Positions 30,065-39,749 of a DNA stretch of 64,000 nt are shown here, one piece after another. Made by a program: the position numbers and the translations under genes. The notes beneath the pieces are model-generated. The model ran no database searches. It was not told where the DNA came from and worked only from the letters and a program-made list of their open reading frames with translations. This stretch comes from Candidatus Norongarragalinales archaeon (lineage in GTDB: Archaea; Micrarchaeota; Micrarchaeia; Norongarragalinales; Norongarragalinaceae). The DNA lies in NCBI GenBank assembly GCA_038884755.1, contig JAWABJ010000001.1, positions 608,001 through 672,000 on the forward strand. The letters are read 5' to 3'. How positions within the stretch are numbered: the stretch's first letter is position 1; each line of letters opens with the position of its first letter.

Positions 30065-30703
30065 ATGCGCGTGGTGCTTTTGGGGCCCCCGGGAAGCGGG
30101 AAAGGAACGCTTGGCGTGATGTTCGCGCAAGCCAAGAACATTCCACACTTGAGCACAGGCGACATGCTCAGAAAGGAAGTTGCGGAAGAAACAAAATTGG
30201 GAAGAGAAATCGGGCCGATAATAAACTCGGGAACTCTCATTCCAGACCAAATGATGATTGAAGTAATAAGGCATAGGCTCGGGCGAGGCGATTGCGCGAA
30301 AGGCTTCGTGCTCGACGGTTTTCCTCGCACTACCGCGCAGGCAATCGCTTTGGACGCCATGCTTTCCGAAATGCGCATGGAACTCGACGCAGTGCTCTTG
30401 CTGACAGCCTCGAAAAAAGAAATAGTGCGCAGGCTTTCAGGGCGTAGGGTGTGCAGCCAGTGCGGCAAGATTTACACTGCGGAATATGCGAAAAACGCGT
30501 GCGAAAAGTGCGGCGGGAGGCTCGGCATTCGCGAGGACGACAAGCCCGAAGTGATAGAAAAGCGTTTGGGAATTTACGAAAGGCAGACTGCGCCTCTCGT
30601 CGACTACTACCGGGAGAAAGACCTGATTCTGGAAATAAACGGCGAGCAAAGCCCGCAAAAGGTTTTGAGCGACGTGCTCGCGGTTTTGAAAGAAAGCGAT
30701 TAA
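30065..30703 (+). CDS. adk: adenylate kinase (bacterial type, Zn lid)
   Basis: LLGPPGSGKGT, HLSTGDMLR, LDGFPRT, CSQC..CEKCGG, REDD. Confidence 0.95.
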   Translation: MRVVLLGPPGSGKGTLGVMFAQAKNIPHLSTGDMLRKEVAEETKLGREIGPIINSGTLIPDQMMIEVIRHRLGRGDCAKGFVLDGFPRTTAQAIALDAMLSEMRMELDAVLLLTASKKEIVRRLSGRRVCSQCGKIYTAEYAKNACEKCGGRLGIREDDKPEVIEKRLGIYERQTAPLVDYYREKDLILEINGEQSPQKVLSDVLAVLKESD

Positions 30704-30742
30704 AACGGCGGGACAAAAGAATTATAGCATCGCGGAAACAAT

Positions 30743-30816
30743 GGGCTCGTAGCTCAGCTTGGCAGAGCGGCTGGCTTTTAACCAGCATGTCGTGGGTTCG
30801 AATCCCACCGAGCCCG
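30743..30816 (+). tRNA. tRNA-Lys(UUU), no intron
   Basis: GGGCTCG/CGAGCCC acceptor stem, CTGG-CT TTT AA-CCAG anticodon arm, GTTCGAATC. Confidence 0.95.
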
Positions 30817-30821
30817 CTAAA

Positions 30822-30842
30822 AGGAGAAACTACGTTTCTCCT
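30822..30842. repeat. GGAGAAAC-Nn-GTTTCTCC hairpin (copies at 13924-13944 and 49007-49030)
   Basis: AGGAGAAAC-TAC-GTTTCTCCT immediately after tRNA-Lys. Confidence 0.7.
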
Positions 30843-30874
30843 CTTTACTCCGCTTCCTTTGAGGGCGTGTGAAA

Positions 30875-31222
30875 ATGAAGGTTCTCATGGACACAAACGT
30901 TCTGCTTGCGTTTCTAGACAACAAGACCGATTTCGCCGGCCTCATCAAGGAAACGTACTTGTACGCAGAGCTTTACGTGCTCAAGCAAAGCATGGACGAA
31001 ATCAAGGCAAAGCGCAAGGCGGCGTTCAGGCACATAGAAGAATACGTGAAAAACAACGGCTTTCGCGTCGTTGGCGGGAGCGGAAAGGCGGATGGCTTGA
31101 TCGAATCGTGGGCGAAGGCGAACAATGGGGTGGTTGCAACGCGCGATTTCGCCTTGAAAAAAAGGTTAAAAAGGGCGGGAATCCAAGTTATTTCGCTGAA
31201 AAACAACAAGCTAGGGCTCTAG
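30875..31222 (+). CDS. PIN domain protein (Fcf1/Utp24-like)
   Basis: VLMDTNVL, ADGLI, VATRDFALKKR; conserved position between eif2g and rpoE1. Confidence 0.88.
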   Translation: MKVLMDTNVLLAFLDNKTDFAGLIKETYLYAELYVLKQSMDEIKAKRKAAFRHIEEYVKNNGFRVVGGSGKADGLIESWAKANNGVVATRDFALKKRLKRAGIQVISLKNNKLGL

Positions 31223-31272
31223 CTTGCCGAGCCGATTTGTTTTTTCCTTAATGCTTTCTAGGGGTGTGTTTC

Positions 31273-31836
31273 GTGTACAAACTCGTCACTATCGAACAAA
31301 CAGTCCGCATTCCGCCAAACCTGTTCGGGTTGAAGATGAAGGACGCGGCCTTGTCCATGCTGCGCGAACAGCTGGAAAGGACGGTCGACAAGGAATTGGG
31401 CATAGTGGTGAGCGTCGACAACGCGCGCATAAAAAGCTCGGGGAAAGTCTTACAGGGAGATGGCGCCGCGTATGTTGACGTCGACTTTGACGCGCTGGTT
31501 TACGAGCCGCAAATCAACGAAGTCGTTGACGGCGAGGTGACCGAAATCGTCGAGTTCGGCGCGTTCGTGCGCATAGGGCCGGTCGACGGGCTGATTCACG
31601 TTTCGCAAATCGCGAACGACTTTTTCAGCTTCGACAAGAAAACCGGGAACCTGGTCGGAAGGGAGACCAAGAAGAACGTCAAGAAGGGGGACAAGCTGCG
31701 AGCGAAAATCGCGACGGTAAGCTTGAAGGACACGATTGCGGCGAGCAAAATCGCCTTGACCAGCAGGCCCGAAGGCCTGTCGGAAAAAAAGAAGGAAAGG
31801 GCCGGTAAAGAAAGGAAAGAAAGGAAGAGAGGATAA
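31273..31836 (+). CDS. rpoE1: RNA polymerase subunit E' (Rpo7)
   Basis: VRIPPNLFG, GDGAAY, EVVDGEV, FGAFVRIGPVDGLIHVSQI. Confidence 0.96.
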   Translation: MYKLVTIEQTVRIPPNLFGLKMKDAALSMLREQLERTVDKELGIVVSVDNARIKSSGKVLQGDGAAYVDVDFDALVYEPQINEVVDGEVTEIVEFGAFVRIGPVDGLIHVSQIANDFFSFDKKTGNLVGRETKKNVKKGDKLRAKIATVSLKDTIAASKIALTSRPEGLSEKKKERAGKERKERKRG

Positions 31837-31839
31837 GGG

Positions 31840-32022
31840 ATGGAAAAAGCTTGCAGGAAATGCAGACGCATAGTCCAGGGCGACGTTTGCCCCGCGGACC
31901 AGTCCACCGATTTGACGAAAACGTTCGAAGGCTACATAGTGATTCTCGGGCCGGAGCAATCCGAAGTGGCCAAAGCAGTGAACGCCACCACTCCCGGAAA
32001 ATACGCCTTGAAAATAAAGTGA
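31840..32022 (+). CDS. spt4: transcription elongation factor Spt4 (RpoE'')
   Basis: KACRKCRRIV..CP, SEVAK, PGKYALKIK. Confidence 0.93.
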   Translation: MEKACRKCRRIVQGDVCPADQSTDLTKTFEGYIVILGPEQSEVAKAVNATTPGKYALKIK

Positions 32023-32321
32023 TGCAAAAAATGAAGGTTGTTGAAGAAAAGGAAAACAAGCTTTTCGAAAGGAAGGAAATAACGGTCGAAATCGACACTC
32101 CGGCGGGAACCCCGTCCAGGAAACAGGTTTTGGAAGAGTTGAAGAAGAAATTCCAAGGCGAGGTAGTCGTGGAAAAAATCGAGCAGAAGTTCGGGTCGAA
32201 AAACGTCACCGTCAAAGCCAGGGTTTACGCTTCCGCCGAGAAGGCGGCTTCGTTCGAGCCAGAATGGAGAATGCAAAGGGGCTTGGCAGCGCCTAAAGCC
32301 CAAGCTGAAGCAAAAGCATAA
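32022..32321 (+). CDS. rps24e: 30S ribosomal protein eS24
   Basis: EEKENKLFERKEI, GTPSRKQV, IEQKFG, ARVY. Confidence 0.9.
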   Translation: MQKMKVVEEKENKLFERKEITVEIDTPAGTPSRKQVLEELKKKFQGEVVVEKIEQKFGSKNVTVKARVYASAEKAASFEPEWRMQRGLAAPKAQAEAKA

Positions 32322-32330
32322 GGTGTTTTT

Positions 32331-32474
32331 ATGGCTGAAAAAGCAAAGAAGGAAAAAAAGTTCAAGCCCTACAAGGCCGGACGCTCTTGCCCCAAGTGCG
32401 GGGCCGGCGTGAAGCTCGCCGAGCACAAAAACCGCCTTTCGTGCGGAAAGTGCGGCTACATGGAAAAGCAGTAA
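32331..32474 (+). CDS. rps27ae: 30S ribosomal protein S27ae (eS31)
   Basis: Below ORF-track cutoff: [53 protein letters not shown]. Confidence 0.93.
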   Translation: MAEKAKKEKKFKPYKAGRSCPKCGAGVKLAEHKNRLSCGKCGYMEKQ

Positions 32475-32517
32475 ACCAACATTTAAACGCCCTAATCGCG
32501 TGAATGCTATTCAGACC

Positions 32518-33060
32518 ATGAACGGAATACTCGAAGTGAATTTGAAAGCCATAGCCTTCAGCCTAGCAATTCTCGCGGCGCCGTTCTTTCTCCTGAAGCT
32601 CGAAGGAAAGAAAAACTTCAGGAAAGAACTTTTGCTGGGAAAGCTGAACTGGGCTAAAACACTCTTTCAAGGCTTGAAGCTCTTCGCCGTAACGTTCTTC
32701 ATCCTCGTCCTCCAGGGCATCATCCTGAACCTGCTCGGGCTTTTGGACAACGAGATTGTCGTTGAAATCATAACCGCCCAGGAACCCCTCGCGCTACTCA
32801 TGGCAGTAACAATAGGACCCATAGGAGAAGAACTGCTTTTTCGGGGGTACCTGCTCAAGCGCATGGGCGTGGTATTGCAAGCCGTCCTCTTCGCCCTGTT
32901 CCACTACGGCTACGCCAGCATCTCTGAAATCCTCGCGGCGCTGGCTGTAGGCGTGCTCCTGGGGCTTTACGTAAAGAAAAACAAGGACATCTACTCGGCC
33001 ATAGCTGCACACTCGTTCTACAACATTTTTTCAATAACGCTCGTTTTGTTTTACGTTTGA
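32518..33060 (+). CDS. CPBP (CAAX protease/Abi) intramembrane metalloprotease
   Basis: PIGEELLFRG, FALFH, AHSFYN. Confidence 0.9.
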   Translation: MNGILEVNLKAIAFSLAILAAPFFLLKLEGKKNFRKELLLGKLNWAKTLFQGLKLFAVTFFILVLQGIILNLLGLLDNEIVVEIITAQEPLALLMAVTIGPIGEELLFRGYLLKRMGVVLQAVLFALFHYGYASISEILAALAVGVLLGLYVKKNKDIYSAIAAHSFYNIFSITLVLFYV

Positions 33061-33081
33061 GAGCAAGGGGGAGGAGGGAGA

Positions 33082-34089
33082 GTGGGAAAGGCGTGCACGG
33101 TTTTGGGGATTGAAAGCACGGCGCACACGCTGGGCGCGGGAATCGCCGAAGCAGGCGAACGCATTTCAATCAAAGCCAACGCCGTTTCTAAAGTCCCGCA
33201 CACGAAAAAGGGCTTCGTGCCCAGGCTGCTTGCGGAACACCACGCGCGCGTTTTCAAGAAGACGGTGCAAAATGCGTTGAAGCAGTCGCGCTGCAAGCTT
33301 CCTGAGCTTGACGGGATAGCGTTTTCTCAAGGGCCGGGCATCGGGCACGCCTTGAGGGTGGGTTTCGTGGGCGCCAGAACCCTTTCCGAGCTGCTTTCAG
33401 TCCCCCTGCTTCCCGTGCACCACGGCATCGCCCACATCGAAGTGGGAAAGTGGGAGTGCGGGTTGCGCGACCCGCTTGTGCTTTACGTTTCCGGCGGAAA
33501 CACGCAAATACTTGTTTTGGACCCCGGCGAAAAACGCTATCGCGTGCTCGGCGAGACGCTGGACGTGGGCGTGGGGAATTTCCTGGACGTTTTCGCGCGC
33601 GAGTTCGGGCTGAACAACGCCGTCGAAGTAATGCACCACGCTTCGCAAGGGCAGAAGTTTTTGGAAATGCCTTACACCATCAAAGGGATGAACGTGAGCT
33701 TCACGGGACTGCTTACGCACTGCGCCCGCAATTTCAAGCCTCGCGTGGAGAAAGGGGAAGTGCGCTTGCAAGACGTTTGCTTTTCCGTGCAGGAAACCGT
33801 TTTCGCAATCCTCACCGAAGCGACCGAACGCGCTTTGCTCCACTCGCAAAAAAACGAGGTTTTGGTTTGCGGGGGAGTGGCGTGCAATACGCGTTTGAAA
33901 GAAATGCTTTCGGCAATGGCGAAGGAAAACAAGGCGAAGTTTGGCTCCACGCGCGACGAGTACAACCGAGACAACGGCGCGATGATCGCGCTCGTGGGCG
34001 CGAAAATGCTTTCCGCCAGCTTCATTCCGGGCGAAAACGAGATAAGCCAGCGCATGCGCCCGGAAGCGCAGGAAATAACTTGGGCTTGA
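33082..34089 (+). CDS. kae1: KEOPS subunit Kae1 (t6A transferase)
   Basis: LGIESTAHT, FSQGPGIG, HHGIAHIE, LYVSGGNTQI, GETLD, GGVACN, DNGAMIA. Confidence 0.96.
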   Translation: MGKACTVLGIESTAHTLGAGIAEAGERISIKANAVSKVPHTKKGFVPRLLAEHHARVFKKTVQNALKQSRCKLPELDGIAFSQGPGIGHALRVGFVGARTLSELLSVPLLPVHHGIAHIEVGKWECGLRDPLVLYVSGGNTQILVLDPGEKRYRVLGETLDVGVGNFLDVFAREFGLNNAVEVMHHASQGQKFLEMPYTIKGMNVSFTGLLTHCARNFKPRVEKGEVRLQDVCFSVQETVFAILTEATERALLHSQKNEVLVCGGVACNTRLKEMLSAMAKENKAKFGSTRDEYNRDNGAMIALVGAKMLSASFIPGENEISQRMRPEAQEITWA

Positions 34090-34150
34090 ATGCCGTAATG
34101 TAAAGTATTAAATTCCTTTCAAAAGAAATTTGTTTCAAAGGTGGGCAATC

Positions 34151-34798
34151 ATGCAGACTAAAATCATGAAGTTAGAGCACGATATGGAAAAAATGGCGAA
34201 AGTCATAGACCAGTGCGTTTCCGTAATCCAAAAAGGCGGGACGCTGACTTTCCCCACGGAAACGAGCTACGGCATAGGCTGCGACGCGACCAACGAAAAG
34301 GCGGTCAAAAGGATTTACGAAGCCAAGGAGAGGGAGGCGTACAAGCCATTCCCGATAGTGATAAGCGACTTGCGCATGGCCGAAGAGTACTTCGTTTTGA
34401 ACGACAGCGCCAGGAAACTCATCAAAGCGTTCATGCCCGGGCCTTTGAGCCTGGTTTTGGACAAGAAAGGCAGCAAAATGCCCGACGAGTTCTGGCCCAA
34501 GGAAATCGGCGTCGCGTTCCGAATTCCCGGAAAGGATTTCGTGCGAATAATGGCGCAGGAGGCAGGGGTTCCGCTTGTCGCAACGTCAGCCAACCTCTCG
34601 GGCAGGACGCCAATATACCGTTTTGAAGACATCAAGCAAACGTTCAACGGCAAAGTGGAGTTGATGGTTGACGGAGGAAACCTCCCCCCAATCCGCCCCT
34701 CGACCATAATCGACTTGCGCGACAAGCAACCCATCGTGGTCAGAGAAGGACCCTTGAACATCCAAGACATCCTCCGCGAGCTTTCCAAAGAACAGTAG
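34151..34798 (+). CDS. sua5: threonylcarbamoyl-AMP synthase (YrdC/Sua5)
   Basis: FPTETSYGIG, IYEAKER..KP, PGPLSL, ATSANLSG, PSTIID; no C-terminal SUA5 domain. Confidence 0.93.
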   Translation: MQTKIMKLEHDMEKMAKVIDQCVSVIQKGGTLTFPTETSYGIGCDATNEKAVKRIYEAKEREAYKPFPIVISDLRMAEEYFVLNDSARKLIKAFMPGPLSLVLDKKGSKMPDEFWPKEIGVAFRIPGKDFVRIMAQEAGVPLVATSANLSGRTPIYRFEDIKQTFNGKVELMVDGGNLPPIRPSTIIDLRDKQPIVVREGPLNIQDILRELSKEQ

Positions 34799-34809
34799 GA
34801 AAAAACAGC

Positions 34810-35394
34810 ATGAGAGGCAAAATCATTGGCAAGGGAGCGGAAGCAGTGCTATTCCTGGCCAAGCTCAAAGGCAAACGGGTTGTAGTCAAAAAACGCCTGG
34901 AAAAAAAATACCGCCACTCTGTTTTGGACCACAAGCTGAGAAAAAACCGCACGCGCAGGGAAGAACGCGTTTTGCAAAGGCTCAACGAAAAAGGCGTGAG
35001 CGCTCCGCGTTTTATAGACGCGAAAGACGCGCAAGTGGTTTTCTCGTTCGAAAAAGGCGTTCTTGCCAAGAATGCAACCTTGTCCAGCGCGGTTTTGAAA
35101 GAAATCGGAAGGCAGCTTGCGTCCGTGCACGAGGCGGGAATAGCGCACGGCGATTTCACCACAAGCAACATCCTCGTAGACGGCGCGCGAGTGAAAATAA
35201 TCGATTTCGGGCTTTCGGTTTTCTCGCAAAGCGTGGAAGACTACGCGACGGACTTGGTGTTATTCGAGAAAACAGTTTCTACGCGCGAATTCTCCATTTT
35301 CCTGAAGGCTTACGCTAAAGCAAAGAAAAACTCCCGAGCCGTGGTGGCGCGGTTCGCAGAAATAAAGCAACGCGGCAGGTACGTCGAACGCTAG
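34810..35394 (+). CDS. bud32: KEOPS kinase Bud32
   Basis: GKGAEA, KKYRH..LD..LR..RTRRE, HGDFTTSNI, IDFGL, RGRY. Confidence 0.95.
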   Translation: MRGKIIGKGAEAVLFLAKLKGKRVVVKKRLEKKYRHSVLDHKLRKNRTRREERVLQRLNEKGVSAPRFIDAKDAQVVFSFEKGVLAKNATLSSAVLKEIGRQLASVHEAGIAHGDFTTSNILVDGARVKIIDFGLSVFSQSVEDYATDLVLFEKTVSTREFSIFLKAYAKAKKNSRAVVARFAEIKQRGRYVER

Positions 35395-35396
35395 GC

Positions 35397-35510
35397 TTAA
35401 AGTTCTCCAATCCTGCGCTTTTGCTTTCTCTTCAAGCGTTTTCTTCTCTTCTTAATCCACTTCCATCTCATGTGCCCTTTCTTTTTCCACTTGCGCGGTC
35501 TTGCACCCAT
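35397..35510 (-). CDS. rpl41e: archaeal ribosomal protein eL41 (eS32)
   Basis: [37 protein letters not shown], 37 aa, matches the archaeal eL41 pattern. Confidence 0.88.
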   Translation of the reverse strand: MGARPRKWKKKGHMRWKWIKKRRKRLKRKQKRRIGEL

Positions 35511-35662
35511 AGTATAGAACCTCGTAATTAACGTTAAAAATACAAGAATTATTTGCCCCGATTGCCTTTTATTTGTATTCAAATGCCCAAATACGCTTTC
35601 CTGACTTGCGGCAGCATTTTCGAACTTCACGGTCTCATATACAGGTCTAGAAAGAAGTGTGG

Positions 35663-37690
35663 CTAAGGACGCACGAGTTTCCTTACTTCCGCACGGTCCA
35701 TTCTCTTCAACTGTTCTGCGCTTTTGACGCCCTTGTCGAAAAGCTTTCTCGCGCGCACGCGCCCTATCCCGCGAATCCTGCACAAATCAAGCAATTCTTC
35801 CTTGACCCCGTGCTTTATCCTGCGCGAGAGTATTTTCGCGTTTTTGTATGCAGTGGTTTGGTTCAACAAAAACGCTATTTCCTGCATGCAATAGCAAAGC
35901 CACTCGGAATTAAGCGCGCGAGAGTGCAACGCGCCTGGCGGCAAGTCGAACTTCTCCATAACGTCCGCTTCGCTCGCCTCGTTAATCCAAGCGTTCAACA
36001 CCTTGGCAGTCTTGAATTTTTCGACTGCCTCGAAATCGCTTTCCAGCATTACTATTTCCTTGTCGTCCAGCAAGCCGTACAACTCTTCCCACAATTCGTT
36101 CTCCTCGTTTTGCTTTACGCTCAACAGCGGGCGGGATTCCGTCGCATTTTGCAGCGCCATCAAGTAATCGAAAGGATTGGTTTTCGCTTTCTTGGTGAAT
36201 TCCACGAAAGCATACGCACTGGCAGGGTCGATGTAAAGCTCCGACACCCTTTTCCCGAGCGGCGTTGCCAAAAGCAACCCGCCTTTCTCCCTCAAGAAAT
36301 CCATGTCCTTCAAATCCGCGACTATTTTCTCTATAATGCCGTACAGTTCTTCCATGTTCACGTATTGGAACGCGAAGAAAGTCTTTTCGAAAAACGAATA
36401 AAGCGTTTTGAAATCTCGGCAGTAGTCCGACGCTATCAACGCAAGCACGTGGCTGCGCAGCACGGGCTCGCTGGAAAGCTTGGAATGAATTTTTTCGAGC
36501 GGGCCGAAAACGTATTTTTCCTTAACTTTGTTCCGCTCGGCGGAAGAACAGCAGAATATTCCCACTCCTTTCGAATCGTAGTTGGGGCGCCCGGCTCGCC
36601 CGACCATTTGGGCGCATTCCAACGCGGGAATGAATTCGGCGAAAGCGCCGTTGAAACGCTTGAGGTCTTTCACGATAACCCATGACGCCGGATAGTCGAT
36701 GCCTATCGCGAGGGTGGTCGTGCATACTATCGCTTTCACGCACCGGTCTTTCTTGAAGCCGGTTTCAATGAGCTTGCGTTGGCCGGACGGAAGCCCAGCG
36801 TGGTGGAATGCTACTCCGTGTTTCAAGCATTCGGCAAGCGCTTCGCATTGCGAAGTGGGCGTGCCTAACGCTTTCAGGGTTTTTTCCGAAAGCCATTCGC
36901 ACTCTTCCTTTTCTGCCCCGTCAAGAAACTTTGAAGCCAAAGGAATCAATTCCCTTGCAAACGATTCGGCATTACGGCGCGAAGAAACGAAAACCAACAC
37001 TTGCGCGTCTTTCTTTTCCTTCAGCGCGCTTTCAATCAAGCCCTTTATCCCGTCGAGCTTTTCCTTGGCGCGTCCGTCCGAAATTTCGAGTTTTTCCCCG
37101 TCGAAAACGCCCAAGTGCAACGGCGTGGGGCGGTAGTCGCTTTGAATCAATTTCGCTTCAAGCCAATCCGCAATTTCCAAAGCGTTGGGAATGGTCGCGG
37201 AAAGGCAAAGGATTTTGCAGTTTTTTCCCAGCAGCTTTGCAAGGACTATTTCGAGCGTAGCTCCGCGCGAGTCGTCGCCCATCAAATGCACTTCGTCCGC
37301 TATCACGAGCCCGACGCTCTCGATCCACTTTGGGTTATGGCGCAAAAGCGAATCCATCTTTTCGCTTGTCACTACGATAACGTCGAAAGAATGCAGTTGC
37401 TCCGAAGAGGAATCCAAATCGCCAGTCGCAATTCCAACGCTCAAACCGTGGGGCGAAAGCTTTTCCACAAACTCGTCGTGCTTTTCGCTCGCCAGCGCTC
37501 GCAACGGGACGATGTACAACGCCTTTGTTTTAGTGCGTTTGTAGTTGTCGAGGATTTTCATTAACGCCAAAAGAGTTTTCCCGCTTGCAGTCGGGGCCGA
37601 AACGACCGCGCGCTCGCTGGAAAGCAGTCCATCGGCTAACGCTTTTGCCTGCAAAGGATTCAACTGCGAATAGCCTAACTGCGAGTGCAT
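35663..37690 (-). CDS. hel308: Ski2-like helicase Hel308/Hjm
   Basis: [52 protein letters not shown]. Confidence 0.95.
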   Translation of the reverse strand: MHSQLGYSQLNPLQAKALADGLLSSERAVVSAPTASGKTLLALMKILDNYKRTKTKALYIVPLRALASEKHDEFVEKLSPHGLSVGIATGDLDSSSEQLHSFDVIVVTSEKMDSLLRHNPKWIESVGLVIADEVHLMGDDSRGATLEIVLAKLLGKNCKILCLSATIPNALEIADWLEAKLIQSDYRPTPLHLGVFDGEKLEISDGRAKEKLDGIKGLIESALKEKKDAQVLVFVSSRRNAESFARELIPLASKFLDGAEKEECEWLSEKTLKALGTPTSQCEALAECLKHGVAFHHAGLPSGQRKLIETGFKKDRCVKAIVCTTTLAIGIDYPASWVIVKDLKRFNGAFAEFIPALECAQMVGRAGRPNYDSKGVGIFCCSSAERNKVKEKYVFGPLEKIHSKLSSEPVLRSHVLALIASDYCRDFKTLYSFFEKTFFAFQYVNMEELYGIIEKIVADLKDMDFLREKGGLLLATPLGKRVSELYIDPASAYAFVEFTKKAKTNPFDYLMALQNATESRPLLSVKQNEENELWEELYGLLDDKEIVMLESDFEAVEKFKTAKVLNAWINEASEADVMEKFDLPPGALHSRALNSEWLCYCMQEIAFLLNQTTAYKNAKILSRRIKHGVKEELLDLCRIRGIGRVRARKLFDKGVKSAEQLKRMDRAEVRKLVRP

Positions 37691-37776
37691 TGGAAAGAAA
37701 TCGCTGAAGCCTAGCTTAAAAACCTAATCAGAGTGCCTTTCCAGTGGTTATCCAAATTTTTAATGTGCTTCAACTT

Positions 37777-38073
37777 CTAGAAAGTGCAGGTTCTAAGGTA
37801 GCCGTTTGGCGTTTTATAGATAAAACCTTCAGTAAACAAGAGCTCTACAAAAAGCCCGAGTTGTTTCTTGCGTATCTGAGGGAAATGTTTTTTTAATTGC
37901 TTTGCGGTTAGCCCACCGCTTTCATGCAACTGAATCCAGACGGCTAAAGGTTCCAAACCTTTAGGTACTCTCCAAGGCGGCAAAGAATCTGCTAAACGTG
38001 TTTTTGAAGAAATCATGTTGTCACGGTGAAACCAAAAATCTAAAGAGTGGTTGCGAGAGGACAATGCCAACAT
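37777..38073 (-). CDS. hypothetical protein, possible winged-helix fragment
   Basis: AT-rich ORF; LTAKQLKKHFP..VELLFTEGFIYKTPNGY; start uncertain. Confidence 0.45.
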   Translation of the reverse strand: MLALSSRNHSLDFWFHRDNMISSKTRLADSLPPWRVPKGLEPLAVWIQLHESGGLTAKQLKKHFPQIRKKQLGLFVELLFTEGFIYKTPNGYLRTCTF

Positions 38074-38370
38074 AAAAAGGCGATAACGCCTGGGAGTTTG
38101 CCTGCCCTCGCACCACAGTCTCTCTCCCTTACGGGAGAACTTTTCTGCCTTCGCTATTGCTCACGCAACACGCATTAAAAAACCTTTCGCTAAAAAGAGC
38201 TTAAGCTGCCTTGTTTCGTTTAGAAAAGGCGTAAAAAGGGCTTAGAATATGAAAAAGAGGAAGCTAAAGGTTCGTTTTCCCCAAGCCTCTTGTCTGTTTC
38301 TACACGAATTGTTTTCTTTTATACAACCTTTTAAGCGTATGCTACTACCCCGCGGGAACTAAGCCAAAGC

Positions 38371-38437
38371 AAATCAGATGACTCTATTTTCATCACAACT
38401 CGCTTTCGCGATCAGAAGTACCTCTAGTCATCATTCG
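38371..38437 (-). ncRNA. C/D box guide sRNA
   Basis: C ATGATGA (38434-38428), D' CTGA (38415-38412), GAAA tetraloop hairpin, C' GTGATGA (38396-38390), D CTGA (38377-38374); two 12-nt guides. Confidence 0.9.
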
Positions 38438-38470
38438 AATACAATTCTACTGGAGGATGTTAATAAGAAA

Positions 38471-38543
38471 TAGCCCCGGGCGGATTCGAACCGCCGTCCA
38501 CGGATTCAGAGTCCGTTATCCTGGGCCGCTAGACTACGGGGCT
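38471..38543 (-). tRNA. tRNA-Gln(CUG), no intron
   Basis: AGCCCCG/CGGGGCT acceptor stem, ACGGA-CT CTG AA-TCCGT, GTTCGAATC. Confidence 0.95.
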
Positions 38544-38595
38544 GCAACTGGAAATCGAAAAAAAACATATGCCCGCGGGGTTTGAAAATGCTTTG

Positions 38596-39315
38596 CTATT
38601 CAAACAAAAGTATGATTATCCAAATCGAGACTACGCCGAAAAGGAAGGAAGCGAATTCTATCACGGATTTGTTCAACGCAGTTTCTTTCTTCAACTCGGG
38701 AATCAGGTCGGTGCAGGCAATGTAAATCAGCCCTCCTGCCGATAGGGGAAGCAGGACTGACGAAAGGTTGGGCACAACAGATGAAAAGTAAAACACGACC
38801 AAAGCACCCACGACTGCAGCAAAGGCTGAAAGCAGGTTGAAAAGCAACGCCTTTTTTTGCGTCATGCCCCCGTAAAGCAGTATGGTGTAATCTCCGAACT
38901 CTTGCGGAATTTCATGCGCTGCCACCGCGATTGTCGTAGTAAAGCCAAGCATTGAGTCTTGAATGAAGGCTGCGGCTATTATCGTCCCGTCGAGGAAATT
39001 GTGGATGGCGTCGCCGATGAGGTTGAGCGTTGTGAAAGGGTGACGGTGGGTTTTGGAATGATGGTGGTGCCAGAACAAGATTTTTTCCAGGACGAAAAAC
39101 AGGACTACTCCGAGCAAGGCGTATTCAAGCGTGCCGCCCGCCTCCAGGGACTCTGGAAGTAAGTCAAGAAAAACAACTGCGAGCATTGTTCCTGCAGCAA
39201 AGCTCACAAACAAGCCCAAGTTCTTTTCCGCAGTCTTGCTGACAACGAAAACTATTCCAACCAAAGAAAGCACGCTGACGAGCAAAGTCGCAGCGATAAT
39301 TTCAAGCAAAACCAA
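38596..39315 (-). CDS. ZIP family metal transporter
   Basis: SFAAGTML, DLLPES, WHHHH, GDAIHNFLDG, AHEIPQEFGD, DLIPEL. Confidence 0.95.
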   Translation of the reverse strand: MVLLEIIAATLLVSVLSLVGIVFVVSKTAEKNLGLFVSFAAGTMLAVVFLDLLPESLEAGGTLEYALLGVVLFFVLEKILFWHHHHSKTHRHPFTTLNLIGDAIHNFLDGTIIAAAFIQDSMLGFTTTIAVAAHEIPQEFGDYTILLYGGMTQKKALLFNLLSAFAAVVGALVVFYFSSVVPNLSSVLLPLSAGGLIYIACTDLIPELKKETALNKSVIEFASFLFGVVSIWIIILLFE

Positions 39316-39390
39316 AGCGTCCTACACCTTAAACTGCCAGTAATTAGAAGGCTAGACTGAAAATTAAAGAGTTTCGTTGTTTAAAAAAAA

Positions 39391-39687
39391 TCAGCAGCGG
39401 TAATACCCGTAGTAGTCGTAGTAGCAGTTGTACTGGTATGGATAGTACGTGCCGTACGCAACGGGGTAGTAATAGTCGTAGTAACGCCCGCAGTTGTAGC
39501 CGTAACAACCGTAGTAATAGCCGTACGGATAGTAGAAATAGCCGTACGAATACTGGTAGGGGTAGCCGTAGTTGTAATTGTTGTAGTAATAGTTGTTGTA
39601 CTCGTAATAGTAATTGTGTGAAGCGCTTGCTAACGGGGCAAGGGAAAACGCCACCATCAAGCCCATTAGAACGCTCTTCAACTCCAT
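39391..39687 (-). CDS. secreted Tyr-rich low-complexity protein
   Basis: Signal peptide MELKSVLMGLMVAFSLAPLASA followed by ~75 aa of which roughly half are Tyr; SD GGGGGCG. Confidence 0.75.
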   Translation of the reverse strand: MELKSVLMGLMVAFSLAPLASASHNYYYEYNNYYYNNYNYGYPYQYSYGYFYYPYGYYYGCYGYNCGRYYDYYYPVAYGTYYPYQYNCYYDYYGYYRC

Positions 39688-39749
39688 CCTGCACGCCCCC
39701 TTTTCAATAAAACCCTGTCGCGCTTTCGCTTTAAAGCTTTTGCCGTTTT

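Noticed and set aside
35397..35783. 128-aa ORF-track call
   Set aside because: Only the last 37 codons are eL41; the rest overlaps hel308 and intergenic DNA.
39420..39615. GTA/GTAG-rich repetitive tract as a possible CRISPR or tandem repeat
   Set aside because: No constant repeat-spacer period; explained by Tyr codons on the minus strand.
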